From NCBI RefSeq assembly GCF_000382305.1, contig NZ_KB908021.1, positions 134,293 to 166,292 on the forward strand: DNA of 32,000 nt, in the 5' to 3' direction. Under the pieces are notes generated by a model. That model made no database searches, was not told the DNA's origin, and saw nothing but the letters and a program-made list of their open reading frames with translations. Origin of the DNA: Vitreoscilla stercoraria DSM 513. Its GTDB lineage: Bacteria; Pseudomonadota; Gammaproteobacteria; Burkholderiales; Neisseriaceae. The position numbers and the translations under genes are program-made. Shown one piece after another: positions 26,237-32,000 of the stretch (the first letter of the stretch is position 1; each line of letters begins with the position of its first letter).

Positions 26237-26598
26237 CTCTTATCGGATCTTTGCCAGCTGAATGTTTTTTTGCAGGTTGTTTTTTAGGGTTTTGTTTGGT
26301 GGGTGTACACAGCCGCGTGACCCGTTGGAACAGCGTGGCCACAATCGTGATTACCTCATTAATCGTGATTACCTCATTTGTGGCAGGCAGTTTGCCGCCA
26401 TTTTTTGGGATGTGGTTAGGCTTGCCGCGTGAAGGCTATTTATTTGTAGCAGTATTCTCAGCCATTGCTTGGCCATTTATTTCGTTGCGACTACATGAAG
26501 CATTTTTTGTAGCGTGTAACAAATTGATTTTGGCCATGCCTGATATATTGCCGGATGTGATTAAAAAGCTGTTGAGTAAGAAATGGGGAGGTGGCTGA
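26233..26598 (+). CDS. Hypothetical 121-aa membrane protein (about 3 TM), holin-like in size and topology
   Basis: ATGA start/stop overlap with the upstream ORF. It has three hydrophobic segments and a basic C-terminus, KKLLSKKWGGG. Confidence 0.6.
   Translation: MTLIGSLPAECFFAGCFLGFCLVGVHSRVTRWNSVATIVITSLIVITSFVAGSLPPFFGMWLGLPREGYLFVAVFSAIAWPFISLRLHEAFFVACNKLILAMPDILPDVIKKLLSKKWGGG
26343..26378 (+). repeat. Perfect 18-bp tandem duplication (AATCGTGATTACCTCATT x2), in frame
   Basis: Read directly. It encodes IVITSL-IVITSF within predicted TM2 of the 121-aa protein. Confidence 0.95.
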
Positions 26599-26599
26599 G

Positions 26600-26866
26600 A
26601 TGGTGATTTTACAATTCGTCATCTTGGCCGTGATGTTTGTTTTTTCTGCGTGCGTGGTGGCCAAAGAACGTTTTTGTTTGAATTGCCAACATGAAGTGGT
26701 GCGTTTGCTGTTTCATGCATCGTTTGGTACTTATGCCATGGCCCGAATCTATTGTTTGTTAAGATTTGATCCCTTGGTGCCGTGGTGGCTAATAGGAATA
26801 GAGGTTATATTAGCCATAATCATTTGTCTGCGTTTTTTGATAAAGTTATTCAAAGAGGAGAATTGA
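26600..26866 (+). CDS. Hypothetical 88-aa membrane protein (2-3 TM) with a charged C-terminus, holin/antiholin-like
   Basis: Strong SD GGAGG lies 8 nt upstream of the ATG at 26600, which is 1 nt after the upstream stop. Hydrophobic N- and C-terminal segments end in KLFKEEN. Confidence 0.55.
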   Translation: MVILQFVILAVMFVFSACVVAKERFCLNCQHEVVRLLFHASFGTYAMARIYCLLRFDPLVPWWLIGIEVILAIIICLRFLIKLFKEEN

Positions 26867-26981
26867 ATAATTAAGGGATATCTTCATTTAATAACAATAC
26901 AGCAATGAAAAACTCAGTACAAATGAATCTTGATGCACTTTAGTGGTAGTGCTAAAATGTTTTTATTCTCAAGTTACAAAA

Positions 26982-27017
26982 GAAGCCCTGTTTTAGATGC
27001 AGGGCTTCCGTATTTTT
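26982..27017 (+). terminator. Rho-independent terminator after the three-gene cassette
   Basis: Perfect 9-bp stem GAAGCCCTG / CAGGGCTTC followed by CGTATTTTT. Confidence 0.7.
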
Positions 27018-27080
27018 AAAAATTAGCCAAATTTTTTATTTGTACATAATTGTGTACATATCACTATCAAAGACAGCAAG

Positions 27081-28682
27081 ATGATTGAAAAAATCCAAGA
27101 AGAATCAAAGCGAAGAAGGTCATTCGCAATCATTTCACATCCCGATGCGGGTAAAACCACTTTAACAGAAAAATTATTGCTGTTCTCGGGTGCTATCCAA
27201 TCAGCAGGCACGGTCAAAGGTAAGAAGTCTGGCAAGTTTGCCACTTCAGACTGGATGGAAATTGAGAAACAACGTGGCATTTCGGTGGCATCATCAGTGA
27301 TGCAATTTGATTACCGTGAACACGTTGTCAATTTGCTCGACACTCCCGGACACCAAGACTTCTCAGAAGATACTTATCGAGTATTAACAGCCGTAGACAG
27401 CGCTTTGATGGTGATTGATGCTGCCAAAGGTGTGGAAGAACAAACCATCAAATTGTTGAATGTTTGTCGTATGCGCAATACGCCGATTGTGACATTCATG
27501 AACAAATATGACCGTGAAGTACGTGATTCTTTAGAATTGTTGGATGAGGTTGAAAGCGTCCTGAAAATTCGCTGTGCACCTGTGACTTGGCCAATTGGTA
27601 TGGGCAAAAGTTTCCGTGGTGTGTACCACATGCTCAACGACGAAGTGTATTTGTTTGAAGCGGGCGCACAAAAACTCAGTCATGAGTTTGAAGTGATTCA
27701 AGGTTTGGACAACCCTCGCTTGGACGAATTGTTCCCTATGGAAATGGAACAATTGCGCATGGAAATTGAATTGGTACAGGCCGCTTCCAATGAGTTCAAT
27801 TTGGAAGAATTCTTGGCAGGCGAATTAACACCGGTATTCTTCGGCTCAGCAATTAACAATTTTGGTGTGCGTGAAATCTTGGATGCCTTGATTGATTGGG
27901 CACCAGCTCCGCATGCACGTGCAGCCATTGAACGCGTGGTAGAGCCAGACGAGGCAAAATTCACAGGTTTCGTGTTCAAAATTCAAGCCAATATGGACCC
28001 GAAACACCGTGACCGCATTGCATTTTTGCGTGTGTGTTCAGGCCAGTTTACCCGTGGCATGAAAATGAAACACATCCGTATTAACCGTGATATTGCAGCG
28101 TCTAGCGTGGTGACATTCATGTCACATGATCGCGAATTGGTCGAAGAAGCTTATTCAGGTGACATCATCGGCATTCCAAACCATGGCAATATTCAAATTG
28201 GTGACAGCTTCTCTGAAGGTGAAATTTTGACCTACACCGGCATCCCATTTTTCGCGCCTGAAATGTTCCGCAGTGTCCGTATTAAAAACCCTCTGAAGAT
28301 GAAGCAATTGCAAAAAGGTTTGCAACAATTGGGTGAAGAAGGTGCGGTACAGGTTTTCAAACCACACAATGGCGGTGATTTGATTTTGGGTGCGGTGGGT
28401 GTGCTCCAGTTTGAAGTGGTTGCCGCTCGTTTGGCGGGTGAGTATGGTGTGGATGCGGTATTTGATTCTGCCAGCATTTGGTCGGCTCGTTGGGTGTCTT
28501 GTGACGATAAGAAAAAACTGGCTGAGTTTGAACGCGCCAATGTGTTGAATTTGTCTACCGATGCTGGTGGTAATTTGGCTTACTTGGCACCGAATCGGGT
28601 CAATTTGAATTTGACCCAAGAACGTTGGCCTGACATCACATTCCATGAAACCCGTGAATTGAACCATACATTCAATGATTGA
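27081..28682 (+). CDS. prfC: Peptide chain release factor 3
   Basis: 533 aa with [27 protein letters not shown] and NKYD GTPase motifs across a full-length RF3 pattern. Confidence 0.95.
   Translation: MIEKIQEESKRRRSFAIISHPDAGKTTLTEKLLLFSGAIQSAGTVKGKKSGKFATSDWMEIEKQRGISVASSVMQFDYREHVVNLLDTPGHQDFSEDTYRVLTAVDSALMVIDAAKGVEEQTIKLLNVCRMRNTPIVTFMNKYDREVRDSLELLDEVESVLKIRCAPVTWPIGMGKSFRGVYHMLNDEVYLFEAGAQKLSHEFEVIQGLDNPRLDELFPMEMEQLRMEIELVQAASNEFNLEEFLAGELTPVFFGSAINNFGVREILDALIDWAPAPHARAAIERVVEPDEAKFTGFVFKIQANMDPKHRDRIAFLRVCSGQFTRGMKMKHIRINRDIAASSVVTFMSHDRELVEEAYSGDIIGIPNHGNIQIGDSFSEGEILTYTGIPFFAPEMFRSVRIKNPLKMKQLQKGLQQLGEEGAVQVFKPHNGGDLILGAVGVLQFEVVAARLAGEYGVDAVFDSASIWSARWVSCDDKKKLAEFERANVLNLSTDAGGNLAYLAPNRVNLNLTQERWPDITFHETRELNHTFND
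27138..27147 (+). repeat. att-like core CATCCCGATG, copy 2 (His20-Pro21-Asp22 of prfC)
   Basis: Exact direct repeat of 24104-24113. Confidence 0.45.
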
Positions 28683-28702
28683 TTGGAACTGAAACAGTTC
28701 TC

Positions 28703-28732
28703 AAGCGTCCTGTAAATGTTTACAGGACGCTT
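28703..28732. terminator. Inverted pair of the uptake-sequence-like motif (bidirectional terminator, prfC/sstT)
   Basis: AAGCGTCCTGTAAAtgTTTACAGGACGCTT between convergent genes. Confidence 0.8.
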
Positions 28733-28764
28733 CTTTAATAAGGTGGCGTTATAATTAAAATGAT

Positions 28765-29982
28765 TTAGCCACGCTCTTTGGCAGCAATGTCTGCTGCTGC
28801 GGTGAACAAAACATCGGTAGATGAATTCAACGCAGTTTCTGCAGAATCTTGTATTACGCCGATAATAAAGCCGATGGCGACCACTTGCATGGCAATGGTA
28901 CTATCGATGTTAAATAGACTACATGCCAAAGGAATGAGCAACAAAGAGCCGCCTGCGACACCTGATGCACCACAAGCGCATATTGCCGAAATCACACACA
29001 ATAATAATGCCGAACCAAAATCGACGGTGATGCCCAAGGTATGTGCCGCAGCCAAGGTCAAAACACTGATAGTACAAGCTGCACCTGCCATATTGATGGT
29101 CGCACCCAATGGGATAGACACAGAGTAGGTGGCGTAGTCCAAATTCAAACGTTTAGCCAAATTCATGTTCACAGGAATGTTTGCTGCTGATGAACGGGTA
29201 AAAAATGCGGTGATACCACTTTCACGCAAACATATGAATACCAACGGATAAGGGTTGCAGCGAATTTTCCACCATACCAATAATGGATTAATGACCAAAG
29301 CCACAACCAACATGGAACCTAATAATACCGCTAATAAATGTGCATAGCCTAATAATGCACCCAAACCTGAATCGGCAACAGTGGTAGCAACCAAACCAAA
29401 AATACCCAAAGGGGCAAAGCGAATCACGCCTTTGATAATCCAGCCGATACCATCAGACAAATCATTGACCACTTTTCGTGTGGTTTCGCTGGCGTGACGT
29501 AAGGCGATACCTAAGCCAATGGCCCACGCTAAAATACCAATGAAGTTGGCATTGGCAATCGCTTTAACTGGATTGTCTACCACGCTCAAAACCAAAGTAT
29601 TCAAAACATCCGCAATATTGGTCGGTGGTGCAGTGGCTGTTTCAGCAGCTTGGCTCAAAACCAATTGTGATAGGAACATCATACTGGCTATTACAGCAAC
29701 CACAGCAGCACCAAACGTACCAATTAAATATAACCATAAGATGGGTTTGATATGGTTGGGTTGGTTGCTATCGTAATTTGATATGGCCGCAGTCACCAAA
29801 ACAAATACTAAAATAGGAGCCACCGATTTTAAAGCGGTGATAAATAATTGGCCTAAAATTTCAATTTTTCCCGCCCAAGCAGGCATGACCAAAGCTAAAA
29901 TCACACCAGCTATCAATCCAATAAAAATTTGGACGACCAAACTGGTACGATTAAGCACATTAAAAAAATCGTTGAGTTTCAT
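28765..29982 (-). CDS. sstT: Serine/threonine:sodium symporter
   Basis: 405 aa, DAACS-family pattern. The N-terminus [16 protein letters not shown]...[18 protein letters not shown] is typical of SstT. Confidence 0.9.
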   Translation of the reverse strand: MKLNDFFNVLNRTSLVVQIFIGLIAGVILALVMPAWAGKIEILGQLFITALKSVAPILVFVLVTAAISNYDSNQPNHIKPILWLYLIGTFGAAVVAVIASMMFLSQLVLSQAAETATAPPTNIADVLNTLVLSVVDNPVKAIANANFIGILAWAIGLGIALRHASETTRKVVNDLSDGIGWIIKGVIRFAPLGIFGLVATTVADSGLGALLGYAHLLAVLLGSMLVVALVINPLLVWWKIRCNPYPLVFICLRESGITAFFTRSSAANIPVNMNLAKRLNLDYATYSVSIPLGATINMAGAACTISVLTLAAAHTLGITVDFGSALLLCVISAICACGASGVAGGSLLLIPLACSLFNIDSTIAMQVVAIGFIIGVIQDSAETALNSSTDVLFTAAADIAAKERG

Positions 29983-30256
29983 GATGTCTTTGATTTAGTT
30001 GTTAATAAAACAATCATATTGTAACGTATTTAATATAAATAACGGTATGAAGATGTTTTTATAATATATTTTACAATTTTCAATAATTAGCTAGAAATCA
30101 TTTTAATTATTGAAACATATAAATATTTATATAAATTTTTTATATGTTTTATGAAATATAATTTCAATTTATAGAAAAATAAATACTCCATAAAAGCTAG
30201 ATTATTGTGAATAAATCAGAATGGAATGAAGTTTTTTGATTACAAATAAGTATTGA

Positions 30257-30285
30257 ATTACGCATAATATCTTGTTATGTAGCAA
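30257..30285 (+). other. dif-like XerC/XerD recombination site candidate
   Basis: ATTACGCATAA-TATCTTG-TTATGTAGCAA compared with canonical dif GGTGCGCATAA-TGTATA-TTATGTTAAAT. The XerC arm is good (CGCATAA exact), the spacer is 7 nt, and the XerD arm matches TTATGT and then degenerates. Confidence 0.3.
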
Positions 30286-30474
30286 AGTCTTATTATTTCG
30301 CATCTATACAACAAAAAAATACCTCAAGTTCATTGTCATATAAATAATATTCCATACTAATATTTTATAGCTATACATAAAGCTTTACAAATATTCAAAG
30401 ATGCGGGAGAACCCGCACCCCTTGCACCTTTTTTCATTTCACTTCGCCAAAGCGAAGCAAAACAAAAAAAGGCA

Positions 30475-30828
30475 CTATGTCTTCAAATTCTGAAAATCTT
30501 GTTTCATCTGAAAAGGTGTCGGCTCTACTGGATATACTGCAATAAGAATCTTGGATTTAAAGGATAAATTCTTACAAACAGTAGGATCAATACGAATAAT
30601 GACCAATTCAATCGGTTCATTTCTAATATCGGGTTCACAAATCATAATTGATTGACTGCGATTCAAAACAATGTAATTCGGAAAAGTATCTTGAACAATT
30701 TGTTTAAAATTACCATTTTTTGATGACTTTTGAAAAATTTGCTTAAATGGTTTTTTAGGACGAATAGCCATAAACAAACAAAAAGCAATTGCAGAAAAAA
30801 TGATTAAATCATATGTATCTTTAGACAT
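30475..30828 (-). CDS. Hypothetical 117-aa protein with an N-terminal TM anchor, directly downstream of zot
   Basis: ORF with the hydrophobic segment LIIFSAIAFCLFMAI and AT-rich composition like the zot remnant. Confidence 0.55.
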   Translation of the reverse strand: MSKDTYDLIIFSAIAFCLFMAIRPKKPFKQIFQKSSKNGNFKQIVQDTFPNYIVLNRSQSIMICEPDIRNEPIELVIIRIDPTVCKNLSFKSKILIAVYPVEPTPFQMKQDFQNLKT

Positions 30829-30836
30829 GATAAAGC

Positions 30837-30877
30837 CCTACAAATAAAGAATAATGACATTATTCTTTATTTGTAGG
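30837..30877. repeat. 41-bp near-perfect palindrome (20-bp arms) overlapping the zot stop codon
   Basis: CCTACAAATAAAGAATAATG-a-CATTATTCTTTATTTGTAGG, read directly. The right arm encodes the last 5 codons and the stop of zot. Confidence 0.95.
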
Positions 30878-31722
30878 CTGTTGGATAGTAGATTGATTTA
30901 CAGACTGACTTGATGACTTATAAGGATTGTAACGACCTTCTTTCAACCACTTTTTACAAAATGCTTGTGGAATATCTAATAAAGTACCCTGGTCAGAATA
31001 TGCTTTGCAAACACCATTGGATTCAATCAATGCAACAGGATATTCAAAAGACTGAACCTTACGCACATCATCATAAATGGGCTTAGACTCGGGCATTTCA
31101 GGTAATACAGGCGTAAAATGCTGAGGTGTCAAAGATTTGGAAAGAGTTGCAGAAGAGGTTCCAGAGCCCACCGGAACAGGCTGTAAAACATCATTATTCA
31201 TTTGAGCTTCAATTTTATTTTGAGGTGCAACATCTACAACAGTAGGTTTCTGTGTGGTTTCTTTTATACGATTAGATATATGCCAAGCAGACAATAAAAT
31301 CATGCCGATACACGCAAATAAAACATAGACCATCGGACTAACACGACGTTTATGCTTAACGTGTACAGATGAGCTTTTATAATAATCAAAAGCCTTTTTA
31401 GGCGGTTTATAAAGTCTAGACGTAGCTTCTTTAAGCATCATAGGACTAAAGCTAGTCACACATTCATTCCATTCATAAAGCCTCGTAGTGGCTTGTTTGC
31501 GAGCTAAATGAATGTGTCTTGAAACCAAGTTTCTAACATACGAATCAATATTGCTAGGGTGTTGCGTCATGATAATGAGCGTATGACCCTGATGACGTAA
31601 TTCCGTCAATTTTGAAATGTAATCAGGCACAGCCTTAGTTGATGGGCGTACTGGATACACATAATGACATTCATCTACAATAATCAAAGACCCAACAGGA
31701 AACAAATTTTCTAAAGTATCAG
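30860..31722 (-). pseudogene. zot: Zonula occludens toxin-like / filamentous phage assembly protein pI, N-terminally truncated
   Basis: The Walker B region SLIIVDECH is present with a downstream TM (VYVLFACIGMILL) and a C-terminal domain. The Walker A P-loop is missing. The reading frame runs into the IS21-type end at 31722/31723. Confidence 0.8.

Positions 31723-32000
<278 letters not shown>

Overview
This window is mostly core chromosome from a moderately AT-rich proteobacterium. Gene content and order (ptsN-hprK-rapZ, an AlgZ/FimS-type kinase divergent from argH, ubiC-ubiA, rbgA-scpB-rluB, metY, prfC, sstT) and the terminator architecture look Neisseriaceae-like. That placement is inference from my reading, not a database hit. 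I support about 33 CDS. I saw no rRNA, tRNA or CRISPR array.

The strongest non-coding signal is an 11-mer, GCGTCCTGTAA. It occurs 17 times, and 14 of those copies form 7 inverted pairs that act as intergenic terminator hairpins. This is the organisation of a DNA uptake sequence, but the motif is not one of the published DUS dialects I can recall.

There are three accessory patches:
- 22.7-27.15 kb holds a P4/SXT-type tyrosine integrase island directly upstream of prfC. It has no tRNA, an exact 10-bp direct repeat inside the prfC P-loop codons, an apparently foreign prfC 5' end, an IS3-family element, and a tightly coupled cassette of three small genes (one peptidoglycan-binding-like protein and two multi-TM proteins).
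- 30.2-32.0 kb holds a filamentous-prophage remnant. Its zot gene is truncated by an IS21-family end. It also contains a 41-bp palindrome, a post-zot cargo ORF and a dif-like site.
- Two very AT-rich, ORF-free tracts lie at 5.8-6.55 kb and 30.0-30.4 kb.

I found no large multi-gene defence or secretion system. The best candidates for something undescribed are the uptake-sequence-like dialect, the prfC-associated island architecture, and its small membrane cassette.
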